From Paraspadella gotoi (taxonomy: Eukaryota > Animalia > Chaetognatha), in NCBI GenBank assembly GCA_051294375.1, contig CM119271.1, positions 9,631,253 through 9,695,252 of the forward strand: a stretch of DNA of 64,000 nucleotides. Direction: 5' to 3'. This document shows, piece after piece, positions 37,801 through 50,950 of the stretch. The notes beneath the pieces were generated by a model. It was not told the origin of the DNA, searched no databases, and saw only the letters and a list, made by a program, of their open reading frames with translations. Each line of letters opens with the position of its first letter. Positions within the stretch are counted from its first letter, which is position 1. The position numbers and the translations under genes are program-made.

Positions 37801-39235
37801 GATGATTATACTCCTAGTGCGAGCAGAAGGATCAGCATTAAGGGCATATCGGTATATATAAGACAGATTGTGTCATCCGAGCCGCGCGGTGCTAATAATA
37901 TCTCGGGATTTGTAACTTGATGTCATATCATTCGTCGGTACGAGATATTGCAGCCATATATGCCTAACATGGTGTGGGTGTCAGGATTAAGTAGCCTACA
38001 TTAATGGAGAGGACTAACGCGACGTAGTGGAGACATGCGATCAATGATTAATCTAAAGTGTCGATATATTAGGTTGCGACTAGGCATAGCTACATGTGAG
38101 ATGACGACATCGTCGATGTGAGTAGCATACGTATCTCCGTCACGTTCGTTTGATATCTGACAACAGCTGCGAGCGAGATCGATTGAGAGGCATAGCGATA
38201 AGCAGGAGAGATGAAAGCGTACAGATGATCCATACTCGTAGACGTGATTAGCTATCGGCGTACGCGTAGTATCGCGTACGACAGTCGTTCATTGCATCCA
38301 TGGTCCAGATGTCATAGCACGCGCGCCAGCCGGGGGCCAAACGGTGCGTACACATGAGGTAGCAGGCGGTGTAGCTTATATAGAAATAGACATGAGTCTG
38401 TTCAGTAAGAATTTCCATTCGAAGCACGCGGGTATCCGCTCGGAGCGTTCTAGTACCGGACAGTCATAGTATAGCGCTCGGGTAGCAGCCGCTGCTGCGA
38501 AGAGTCTGCCGAAATGACTGCGGGCATGCGCTACTATCACTCGAGAAGATCTGTATTGGCATTCTTATCATCCGGCTTCTCGAAGGCCGTGTATTAAACC
38601 ATCTCATCTCCCTCTCCCCTCCCCTCTCCTCATCCCCACTCTCTTCTCTGCTACTCCTCTCCCTCACCCACTCTCTACCATCGTCGTCCTCTGCGCGCCT
38701 CGCCTCTACTCTACTCTCCTCCGTTCTCTTCTCACCCGCGCTTCCAGGATCTCCTCCTCCGTTTACACATACACCCCCGCTAGGATCATACCGGTCCACG
38801 TAGCAGGCGGCCAGAAGGCCTCCTCCTCCTTCCTCCCCTCCATCGTCTCTCTCTCTCTGAGTCACCGCCGCATTCCTGCTCTCTGTCTCTCTCTCTTTCG
38901 CAGTTCCGTCCCTCGTCCTCACTTCTCTCCTCACTGCTCTTCGTCTCCCTCACTGTCTCTCCTCCTCTCCATCCACCCTCTCCGATCCCTGTCAAGTCAT
39001 ACATTCTCCTGCCCGCCCTCATCCCCTCTCCTCCTCCTCCGTTTCTCTCTCCTCTCCTCTCTCGCCTCTCTCTCCACAGCTTGCACCGTATTTCCGCACA
39101 TGAGAGTTCTACTTTCCTGTACTCAAGACATCGACCTCGTCCAGATTTTAATACCGAGATCACTGTACTGTAAAACTCCGATATGTCTCTCTTCCCTCTC
39201 TCCTCTCTCTTCTCTCTCTCTCTCTCTCCTCTCCT

Positions 39236-39278
<43 letters not shown>

Positions 39279-40070
39279 GAGACCGCTGACTTTAATAAAA
39301 TTCTTTCATACATTTCTCCCCTTGCTCCTCTTTCTCTCTTCTTTCCCCCTATCTCGCCTTCCGGATTTTACGAGAAAAATCTCGAGTCTTAAAACCGGAA
39401 CGGTCTGATTGAAAATCAGCGCCGCTTCGTTAAAAGCGGAAAGAAATAGAAAAAAAAAGAGAATCGTCGAAAGAGAAATAAATTTTGCAGCTGGCGACTC
39501 GATTTCCCGTCACGACTTCCACGCTCAATTTCGATTTAGTTTCACACTCATAACGGTCGAAAGCTCATAATTCCGGACAGAGAAGTAAAAAAATAAGCTA
39601 CAATCGGCCTCTCGTGAAGTACTTATACTATGGAGTACAATTGAGTCACTGCGGTGCAACCGGTCAACGTGCCGGTTCTATTTTTCACAACATTTTGCCG
39701 TCATAAAAAAAAAGCCAATAAGATAATAATAAAATGGGTCAAGGCGACCGACGGGCGTCACCAATTTATCACGTGATTCGTGAGATTTGTCGCGTCATCG
39801 GTCTTCTATCGAATTTAGTTATCGTTGAATATTCTTCCGTTTAAAAACGATCAATCAATGATTCTCGCGCCTTCAGCTTTTTATTCGATAAATTTCAGGT
39901 TTTACAACAAAAAAAAAAAAAATTTTTTTTGTTCAAACAAGCCAGCCCAGTAATTATCAAGCGCCTTTGTTTTTTGAAACGAAAAAAAATTGTCAGGAGC
40001 ATAGCGTGACCTTTTTTTTTTGGAATACCGTCAGTAATAAATCGAGTAGCTAATTGTTTAATTTAAACAT
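27623..40070 (-). other. Noisy reverse-complement duplicate of ~54260-60700 with patternless inserts (probable assembly artefact)
   Basis: 39060-40050 = rc 54260-55270; 30700-32010 = rc 56090-57230; 29950-30300 = rc 57620-57880; 27624-29230 = rc 58330-60700. Differences are dominated by small indels. Confidence 0.85.
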
Positions 40071-40074
40071 TCAA

Positions 40075-40107
<33 letters not shown>

Positions 40108-41656
40108 TAAGGAGGGTAAAAGAATAACGGAAAAAAGGTTGGTGGTCAAGGGTGAGGTTCAGATTCGTACACGTTTGTTTTGAAAATATACATATCTGAT
40201 CTTAAAACATACAAACGCGGTCAGATAAAAAAGCTCCGGCGTTTTATTAATCCATCCGGACACCAACGGATTCTTTCAAGACTGACTGTGCGAATGTGAG
40301 AATGACTGTGACTGGGACTGTGAGAATGTGAGATGGCCATACTTGCTTGGTCCGGCTATGTTATTTCTTGGGCCTGACCCACCTCAGCCCGTCCAAAGTC
40401 AGGGGCAAAAAAAAAATCTATATTGGAATGAATGGATAATTTTTAGGTTTCTCGTACCAATGTTATGAAAAATAGTTAAAGCCTTGGGTGGGAAAGTTGA
40501 GAGAAAGAATTTTGAATGATGATGTACAAGTTTAGGGGTGGTCGCGACGATTGGGCTGAATGGGTGAATACTGAATAGTGTCGAGTGACTTAGTGGCCTT
40601 TCACAATTCACAGCGGGAGTTCCTGTGAAATGATGGTTTTCTACTACAATTTTGGCGGTTTTTTTTTTACTCCGGGTGAAATTTTAAGAGGAAAAAAAGA
40701 GAAAGAAAAATTAAGGATAAAGAAAGAAGAGTAAGAAAAAAGGGGCAAAATAAAAAAAGAAAGAAAAAAAGAAAGAAAGAAAGAAAGAAAGNNNNNNNNN
40801 NNNNNNNNNNNNNNNNNNNNNNNNNNNNNNNNNNNNNNNNNNNNNNNNNNNNNNNNNNNNNNNNNNNNNNNNNNNNNNNNNNNNNNNNNNNNNNNNNNNN
40901 NNNNNNNNNNNNNNNNNNNNNNNNNNNNNNNNNNNNNNNNNNNNNNNNNNNNNNNNNNNNNNNNNNNNNNNNNNNNNNNNNNNNNNNNNNNNNNNNNNNN
41001 NNNNNNNNNNNNNNNNNNNNNNNNNNNNNNNNNNNNNNNNNNNNNNNNNNNNNNNNNNNNNNNNNNNNNNNNNNNNNNNNNAGAAAAATAAAAGAAAGAA
41101 AGAAAGAAAGAAAGATCATCGAGTATCTAATTTTTCAATTAAATCCAAGAATTCGAAGGTTAAAAAACCTTCTGTTCGAGAGTCGGGGATTCCGCCGCCG
41201 ACGCCCCCTACCGTCCCCTGCCGTACCCTGCCGCCCCCCTGTCGCCCCCCTGCCGACCGCTCGACCGCCCGGGCGGAGGGTTCGATTCGCTGAGCAATAA
41301 AAGTCAGTCCCTCTCGATGTTCATCTTTGCGGCCAAGGAGGGGAATAACAACAACGACAACGACTACGGGAAACAAATTCCTAAAAACATGAAATTTAAT
41401 CAGTTTTGTTTTTTTTTTTTAAACTTTCAGACGTGGAGCGGAGAGATCACGGAAGGAAGCGCGAGCCAGTGAAAAGACGAATGACGCCTGTGAGGTGAAT
41501 CGCAGATGGTTGCAGAACTCGGTGAACAGGATGGAGGATCCGTCACGTATATTCTCGACAGTGAGAATTTTTTTTGTTCAGGATCCGCATCGGGAGGAAG
41601 AAACGAATGACGACGACGACAACAACGACAACGTGAAAGACGTTCTTCACGGTTTC

Positions 41657-41695
<39 letters not shown>

Positions 41696-43652
41696 TTGTC
41701 GACGCAGTCACGTGAAAATAAACATGACAAAAAAAGTGAGGAAGATGAAAGGAGGTGTGAAGTGGGTGGAGAGATAAGTGAAGTGGGCCAGTGAAGTGGA
41801 GAATGAAGTGAGTAAGGGATGTGAATGAATGAAGTGGGTCAGCGAAGTGAGTGAATGAAGTGGGTAAGTGAAGGAGGGTAAGTGAAATGTTAGCAGAGTG
41901 AAGACACGAAACAAAAAGGTGAGAAGATGGAAGGGGAAGAGATGCACTCTTTCATTAAACATAGAGGAGATATGTTTAAGTTTAAAACATATTTTAGTTT
42001 GGCTTTATTAATATCACGTTATATAACTTTAGTTTACGCCAGCAAATTTCTCGGAGAAACATTTTCGAAATAGATCTAAAAATTATCTAAAAAAATATTT
42101 GGAAAAAAAATTATCAGTCGACAAAACCCACAGCAGACCTGAAGAGATGACCCTGAATGAATGTTGAAGTTAATTAACATTTTTATTTCTGAAAGAGAGT
42201 GTTTATTTGTTTTTCTAAAGTTACTATTGTACATACGTAAATCTAACACCCACATTTTTTTTGTCGTCGTATTGTTTCGTTTTCAGGAATTCTCCAAGTT
42301 CTAATTTCCCGGTCCCGTTATCCTCGTCCAACTCGTCCTTTCCTTCGAAACAGATATTCGGAATTTTATCGAGCCAGGACAGGCTTCGCTGGTCCTGGCT
42401 CTATAATGTTTTAGGATTGCTTCTTCTTTGTCGTCGCGTCACGATGGTTTTTAGTATAAAAACTACTACGGCTTTTATGACGTTGGCTGACTACCCGGAT
42501 TTTTTTTAAAATAAAAATGTATTATGAAGATTATGATTAAGAGTTTTAACAAAAGTGTGAGCGATCATAGTAAGTAAAAAGAATTTAGATATGGCTCTCA
42601 TCTTATAGCTTTGATATTTTTTTACATTGTTGGAATTTAAGTATTTTTGTTTGAATTTCTAACTTCATTATGATTTACAATGCAAAGTATGCATAATGAA
42701 GAATAGGTACTCATATAATAGAATGATCGCAAATTAGTATAGTAGAATGCTTGTAATCTAATTACTACATATTGGCAAGTATAGTAATAATAAATTGAAG
42801 ATTGAAATTCAAAAAAAATTTTTTTAAATCTCTAAATAAAAATGGGAACTCAAAGGATATTTTTATAGAAGCTATATCTTAATTTTAATGACAAATACAA
42901 AATAAAATCTTTTACAAGCTGGCGATTGGAAAAAAAGTTGGAAAAACCTTCCATGTGTAAAACAATTGTATACATATTTTTTGACATTTCTTATTTATTT
43001 CTTTAAAATTATGTATTAATATTGGATTTTTGTCTTTTTCTGCAACGAGTATGAGGCTGTCTGCAGTGGACTGTACAGCGGCCTTCCAGCAGCATGTCCA
43101 GCTTTGTCTCCTGTCTGTGCTCTCTGCTGTGTCTCTTTCTGTGACTCTCTCTGTCTGTAGCAATTTTTTGTGTTGTCGTTCGTTTTTTGGACAAAGATTC
43201 TGATTATTTTATTTTTCACTTCTAAAAACTTTTAATTACACCGAATTTATCCCGCGCTTTTTTTCTCAATAAACAGAAATGTTCCAAATTTTTACATCTC
43301 GAGATTTTCATGGATTTTTTTGAGAGAATGTTAAGAAATATCTTACTTGGACCTGCATTTTTCAACGAAAACTAACGGTCGAGAAGAACATGACCTAATA
43401 ACGCGTTTTGATGAGCAACGGAAACGATTACGTGTCAAAGAAAAAATGCAACTTGACGCGAGTCACGTACGCCGTTGCGTAGGCAACGGATAACCGATAT
43501 AAGCGAGAGTGCACGCTAATATTGCAGTATCGTTGGGCGGGGGGGAAAAAAAAAAAAAAAAAAACTTTCTGTATCTCTCTCTCACTCTGCTCTCTCTGTC
43601 TCTTTCTCCGGGCCATCTTTCTCTCTCTCTCTCTCTCTCTCCATCTTTCTCA

Positions 43653-43695
<43 letters not shown>

Positions 43696-43880
43696 ATCAA
43701 TCTTTTTTTTTTTACAAAAAAACATTTTTGTAGCACATTTTTTTCACACAACGGACGAGCAAACGATTAAACCGAGTTCCGGCTCTCTCTCTCTGCACTC
43801 CTGCTCTCTCTCTCGTCGTCTCGTCTCTCTCGTTTCTCTCTCTCTATCTTTCTCGTCTCTCTATCTTTCTGCTCTCTCTC

Positions 43881-43930
<50 letters not shown>

Positions 43931-46140
43931 GCACTCATCTCTCTTCTCTCTCTCGCTCTTTTTTTAAATTTTTATAGTCTCTTTTTTTTTCACAGACACG
44001 CGTCACCTCGGCGTCGAGTAAACGAGTTCCGGGCACTGCGGGCGTCAGTTTCAGCTTCTTTCTCCTCTGCTCTCGTCATGCCTCTGCTCTCTTCTTTCTG
44101 TCTGTCTCTCTCTGTACGATCTCTGCGTGATCGTTCGTTTTTTTTGAAAAAATTCGGATTATATTTTCCTTTTAAAAAAACCTCTTATTAATCGCCGAGA
44201 TTTTTTCGTGGTTTACCATTGTGTAGATAAAGTGAAAAAAATAACTTATGACATGCAATGTCACATGTCGGCACTTCAAGCTAATGGTGACAGGTAGGCG
44301 ATACCTGTATGTATGTATGGTATCATTTTCTACAAAAATAATTTTTTTGTGTTTTTATTTATTACGGTAACGTTGGCCAGGTCGGCCCACTTTTAGCAAA
44401 TTATATCTAAAATAGGAAATCGAGAAGAAGAGGATATAGTCCAAATTAAACATTAATTTTTGTTGTTATTCTGAATTAATTTGTACTATTATTAACTGTA
44501 TACAATATTTTTAGTGTAATATTAAATCCATGTTTATCTTTTTTAAAAATAATCAATTATTGAGTTTTGTTAACTATTCTATAAATTAATTAAACTATGC
44601 AAGATATAAGAATTGAACACCGGCTGGTTTCTTCCTAAAAAAAGAACAATCAAAAATTTCATTCACAAGATATAAAATTTATTAAAATGAGGAAATGAAT
44701 TTTTTTTTGATAAGTAAAAAAAATATTTCGGAAAATCAAAAATATCAATAGTCGTCTAACATGATATTGTCAACTATAATTATTGTTAATATAGGGATTT
44801 ATAGAATTTTTATTTCTATCACACGTTCAAATATTTGTTTGCCGGTCCTAATATCTGTCTCCTATCTCTCTGTCTCTCTCTCTGTCTCTCTGTGTGTGTC
44901 TCTCTCTATTGTCCTCTCTCTGTCTCTCTCTGTGTGTCTGTCTCCTCTGTAATGATCTTTTGCGTGATCGTTCGTTTTTAAAAAATTCTGAATTATTTTT
45001 TTTTTCTTCAAAACTTTATTATCGCCATTTATTAATTTTATATGCTCAATACAAATACAAATAGCAATAACTTNNNNNNNNNNNNNNNNNNNNNNNNNCG
45101 AAGAGAGGACGAGCCACTGTGAAGTCGAGATCGAGAGACATCCGCCAATTGGTGAAGGAAGAGGAGGAGGAGGATGAGGAGGAGGAGGAGGAAGAACGAG
45201 GCTCTCGACTGCCAAACGAATTCGACGAGGAATCAGCTGATGAACGAAAGCAGCGTCGACGGTGACGAGCAGTTCGTCGTCGTCGTCGTCTTCGTCGTCG
45301 TCTTCGTCGTCGTCTTCGTCGTCGTCCTTGACGTCGTCGAAGTCATCCTTATTTGTCGTCGTCCTCGACGTCGTCGAGGTCATCCTTATTTGTCGTCGAT
45401 CTCATTGTATTCCTCGACGTCGTCTTCTTTGTCGTCGTCGTCGTGGTTTTTGATCGTCTTCGTCGTTATTATCGTTGTCGTCGAAACCACTATCTCCTTT
45501 GTCATTGAAGAAGCGTTTGTCATCTTCTGCGTTGTCTTTTCGGTCGTCGTCGTCGTCATTGTCATTTTCATCATATTTCATCGGATCAGGCACGTCGTCA
45601 TCAGTCATCGTCGTTATACCTGCGGCAATCGTAACGTTTTCATGTCCGTCATCCTTTCGTCGTGCGTTGACTTAACTTGACTTGGGACTTAACTTGTACT
45701 TTTGGAACTTGGACTTGAAGAGTCTTTGGACTTTGGAATGCTTGACTATACTGTCGTCGGGGCATTGTTGGGCAGTTTTTCTTGTGCAATCGTCTCTTGC
45801 GTCGTCGTTGTTCCTTCGTCGACTTCTTCGGCGTCATTTTCTTCATGCACCAATCTATCATGCATCAATCATCATCATCAATCATGCATCATCATCATCA
45901 TCATCATCCATCATCAACACCTCTGTCACCGCTTTTGACCCTCCCTAATGACTTAGTCACGCTCATTCTATCGATCATATGGCGCAACTCACATACGATT
46001 TCGCGTCCTGTATTTAACTGCGTCTATATAAATATCGCGGTTCCTTGTGCTTTAGCCTTCTTCTTTATTAGCTCTAGACTCTCTCCTCTCTCTCTTCTCC
46101 CTCCTCTTTCTCTCTCTCTCTTCTCTCTCTTCTCTCTCTT
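40075..46140 (+). other. Direct duplicate of ~55495-58780 (probable assembly artefact or alternate haplotype)
   Basis: 40078-42350 = 55495-57610; 45099-46140 = 57760-58780. Confidence 0.88.
42363..45073 (+). mobile_element. Probable HINE-like insertion, family C (3' end lost in gap)
   Basis: T-run then hairpin GAGCCAGGAC..GTCCTGGCTC-TATAA; three internal direct repeats (~43120, ~44090, ~44900); absent from the homologous copy at ~57615. Confidence 0.5.
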
Positions 46141-49100
46141 CAAGAAAGAATGGTCCATTTTTCGGTGAGGGTCGGGGGCAAAGGAAGCGGTCTTGTGCTA
46201 TGTGCTTTCTTTTCCTCCTCTCTACTTCCGTTTAATCGGGGGTAGCGGAACTGCCTGTCATGATATTATTTTCCTTTCTCTTTTTTTAGTTTTTCTAAAC
46301 TGCGGTTTTTCAAAGTTTTACGCTATTACACGTTGGGTCCTTTTTCGTCATCTGAATTGATCGTGGTAAAATGCTCCGTTTTTGTGTTCACCCATAACTT
46401 TCTCTTGTGTATTAGAATACTTCAGCTTCGTCGTACTTAAATAATTGAATCACGTTGAATCAGTAACTGTTTTTGGCGCATACTGGGAAGGATAATGACA
46501 CAAAAATGGTTTTGAAGTAGTTGACTATGTACGATGACCATTTATTGACTACTAACCAGAGCCACATAGTAGGTCCTGGTAAATTCCCATTTTTTAATTA
46601 ACCAACAATTTTACTATCTGTCACCACTACCATGACCTCTTTCGGTATTCGGCTTCACTCAAAAATAGTTTATTACGCAAGATCAAGCATAAATATAGCG
46701 AAATCTCGGCCTTGATATGTTCTGCTCGACTTACAGAATGGACATATACGCGTTAAGAGCCGAGAGAGAAGGGCCTCTCTCTTCTCTCTTCTATCTCTCT
46801 CTTTGCTTTCTCTCTTCCTCTCTCTCTCTTCTCTCTCTCTTCTGAATCGTTCCTCTCTCTCTCTCTATCTCTTCTTCTTCTTCTCTCTCATCTCTGTCTC
46901 TTCTCCTTCGCTATATATATATCTCCCTCTATTGCTTTCCACCACCTCTGTCTTCTTCATGCTCTGAAGCTTCCGGTTGAATTCTGCATTTTCTTTAATT
47001 GGGTTGCTCGAAGAAGGTTATCTATTAATAGAAGAAATGCATGAGGAAAGTAGCCGAGAACGATTCTCAGTGTAATGTCAGTTTGTGCGAAGAATAAAAA
47101 ATACTATGTAGGGATTTACGATTCTTATTCAATTGTAAAGACAAAATCACCAGTAGTATAAAATATCCAAGTCAATTTTCACTAATTAATTATATGTCCC
47201 CTTACAAAGCAAGGGACTCGTTCTATTAATTTGTTCATCAACATACTCTCTCACATATTTCACTCCTGATTATGTCTCAAGAAAGAGTTTTTTTATCGTT
47301 TAAATTCTTTGTTTTTTGTTGTTAATTATTTTACCAATCGGGTTGATTTTTTTTTTTTTCTTTTTTTTTGCTTCTGAGCGCTCTTTCGGCGTGATCTCTT
47401 GATCGTTGCGCTCTATTATGGTAAAATCAATTTGTTTTTTTCAGACCTTTTGGCGGTTGTTGTTCTGGCTTTTTCATTGTCTATGTCATTTCATCCTTTT
47501 CCTCTCCATCGGGCTTGTGTTTCTATTAGTCTTGTCTCCTTCTGTTTCTTTGTTTGAATGCCTGCTACGTTTCCATTTAATTAATTTTTACTCTGTTTCT
47601 TTGATTTATTTGTGGGGGTTTATTTGTCTCTCGTGCATTTTCTGTCTCTTCCTTTAGCTCATGGGACGTGCTTGCTTCCGCCATAGTTATGTCCTTTTTT
47701 TTTGCTCTTTTTCCTCTTGTTTGTCCGCTGCTTTGTTTTTTTTTTCCCCCTTCTTTTTTTTTTGTTTTCGAACGCGCCTGCTCCCTGCTGTTGGGACTGC
47801 GACAGGTAATTGCAACGGGTTAATTTTCGTTGCATTTATTTATTCACGGATCATTTTACGAGTCGACGTTGCTGTATGATATGACGAAGTACAAACTTCG
47901 ACGACGTCGACTCTACTTTTTGGTCACGTAGATTGACGTAATTGAGAGTATATTAATCTTACGATAGGCTATATTTTTATTATTTTCTTCGGAATTTCTT
48001 TGCCAACCACAACATTCGCAAAAAGAAAAATATCGAGGAGCGACGAGGACGACGACGATGACGGACGCAGACGCCGACGACAGCACCCACAATTTTTAGG
48101 TAGTTCAAACATATAATTGTTGGGTGGGACCGAGTTTTCGTTGAGAAAGGCACTGCGCATCGAAAGAGAAAAGAATTATGAGATGGTACATTCTTTTATT
48201 ATTATTTTGATGTTGTTTCGCCTTTGTTCACCTCAACTTTCTCTTCACGTCTTAGGTCTCCTATTTTCCGATAATATTCTAGATGAATCCATTACTATAC
48301 TGCCGACCAAAATTCTTGTCGCTTGTTCTTCGCGTTGAGTCTTCGTCTATGGTCTCTTGTATCTTCTTAATTCGTTTATATCGCGGCCTTCTCGCGCTAT
48401 CCTTTCTCTCGGTTCCGTATTCTTGAAATTTGTTGTCTTTTCCTCTAATGACTAACTGTTTTACTGGTGGTAAGTCGCGTTTCACAAACCATGAGGAGGG
48501 CTGTTCGCTTCTTTTTCGATTTGGAAAAAGGCTGAAAATATCCTCTGGGCGTTGCTTGCTTCTCTTTATCTTTTCTTTCTTTTTTTGGTTCGTTTCTTTT
48601 TTTCTTTTTCTTTCTCTTCTTTCTTTTCTTATTCTTTCATCTTCTTTCCCTTTCTTTCTTCTCTCTTTCTTTCTTCTTTCCCTTCCTTTCTCTTTTTCTC
48701 TTCTTTTCTTTCACTTTTCTTCTTCCTTCTTGTTCTTTTTTCCCCTTTATTCTTTTCTTCCTTCTTTTTTAACGCTTCTATCGTATTCCGCCATCTCTCC
48801 TCTTTTTATTTGGATTTAAAAAAACTTTCCTTCTTCTAAAATATTATCTTATGTTGTCCCTCGTTCAATGGGGCGAATCATCAATTTTTGTTTACACACT
48901 TTCCGCTTAAGGCAAAATAAATTCTACGAACCAGATCGTGACATTCTAGAATTGTTTTTTTTCCCTTTCCCGCGCCGTGGAACGACGCCCACGCACTAAC
49001 GACGATAGAATAACCCGCATATAAGATTGTTCATAGTTTGGGATTCCTGCTTTTCTTTCTTCCTCCTCATTTTGTATTTAATTTGTCCTTTTCTTCTTCT

Positions 49101-50499
49101 TGTTTTTCTTTATCTAATAATCTTTCACTATACTCTATTTGTCTATTTGCGGTGTTCTCTCGGTCGGCTGTTGAACTGCGAGAATAAACCGGACCATGTG
49201 TTCGCGACGTTGAGGATTCAATTGTCAGGACATTGAAGACCATTGGAGACACTGATGCTTTTCCATCTTCCTGTGGTTATAGCGTGATGATGTTAAGTAG
49301 AATGACCGTAGATCCGTGAGCCATTGTATAACAGAGCAGGACTACCGGTTGGGGAACTTGATGAAGGATATGTGGGTTGAATATCTTCCAAGTCTACTGA
49401 CCGCGAGAACGCTTCCTTCCCTTTTTGGTTCTTTTGTTTGCTTCTTCCTGGTAGGGTTGTTTTCCCTTCCTCCCTCTCTCTGATTCGCCGTCGTCCTCAG
49501 TCGGTCCTGCCCGATTCGGCGTCCCGTAGTCGGGTCGGTCGGTCGTGGTCTGTCTGATAATTCCGAGTGAATATAAAAAGCCAACGGCCGTCCACTAGGG
49601 GTTGTCGATTTGACATCTTTATAATTGAAATTCCACAGCCATGATTGTTTACGGTATTCCTCATTTGATAATATTGCATTGTCATATCGACTAAATGTAT
49701 ATATCATAGATGAATAATAATAATCATGATTGCATCTTCCAAATTCGAGGATGAACTTATTCGATGAGTCACCTCTCTCTCCAGAGAACGCCAACTCGCA
49801 CACAAAGTAAGAAAGAACATTGGTCCCCTTCTTTTTACGACGTGGGGATCAAAATCTTCCGCGGGACCAACTGCCGACGACGCACGACGACAGGCTCGAC
49901 GTTTGTCTCGTTGATCGACGAATGACCACGGTACGACTGGCTGCCGAAAGAAGAAGTACTCACCGAAGGTGTAATTTTGGCAATATACCTGCGACGTGCT
50001 TATCCCTTCCCCTCGTCCACTTCATGGTAACTTCTCTTTTTGGTTTCTCTTTTTTAATAAATTATCACAATTTCCTTTTTCTACCTACCATCGGTGCGCT
50101 TTTCCTGCATTCTCTCATCCATCCTCTCTCTCCTCGCCGTCTTCTCGTCCCCTCTCGTCCCTCTCTCTCTCCTCTCTCTCTCTCTCTGCTCTCTCTTTCT
50201 CTCCTCATGCTCGTACTCTCTGTTCTCTTAGATCTCTCGAATCCTTCTCTCAACATGTGTATTTCACTTCCTTTCTTTTAGTTTAAATCGCTCGTCAATC
50301 ATCTCATCTCTCGCTCGTCGCCGTATCCACCTGCTTTCCAGTCCATTAAACAGAGGTAGAGGGGTGTATATTCAAAAAATTTGAGAACGTTCTATATCGC
50401 CGTGTATTTGCTATATATAAGAGTTGATTGAATTTCTTATTTTTCTCTAAAGGAGGTATAGACGAAGGGAGAATGAGAAGAGTGAAGAGAGAAAATTAA

Positions 50500-50950
50500 A
50501 CTCTAGTCATCTTCATCAGAAGCCTGGAAAGACATGTTACTACGATAAAATTTTCTCTCCTCACTAAATTCCCTCGGTCTCTCAAAATAATTACTCTTTT
50601 GAAAATCGGAGGTGGTAATAGATAACTCTTTAAAGCTTTCTATCGTCCCACTGCTCCAGCAATGAACCTTCTTGCGACCACAGCCAGAAATCCGCACGGA
50701 AAGTAAACTAGAGAGGTTTCTCTCGTTGCCGGAGAATAATAACACTAGCTTGATTAGAGCTCGTGTTGTAGTTTATTTCGAAGTCACCATAGAAAACAGT
50801 TTCAAGAAGTTATTGCCGCCAGGAAAAATAAAAGTTAAACTGTTACTAGAAATCTCAATCACACGTTCCCATATAAACTCATCGGGTGAGAATCAGAAAC
50901 TATCCTCCATAAAAAAGAATCACGTGAAGAAACTAATGGGAGGGTAGCGA
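50500..50950 (+). mobile_element. Possible decayed CR1/L2-type LINE 3' remnant
   Basis: Broken frames resembling the LxLxSLExRR..FK tail (SLGL...ENRR...FK); the sequence here is noisy. Confidence 0.25.

Noticed and set aside
32560-38580. Endogenous virus, prophage or horizontally transferred gene cluster
   Set aside because: No long ORFs or recognisable motifs on either strand; it lies inside a degrading duplicate
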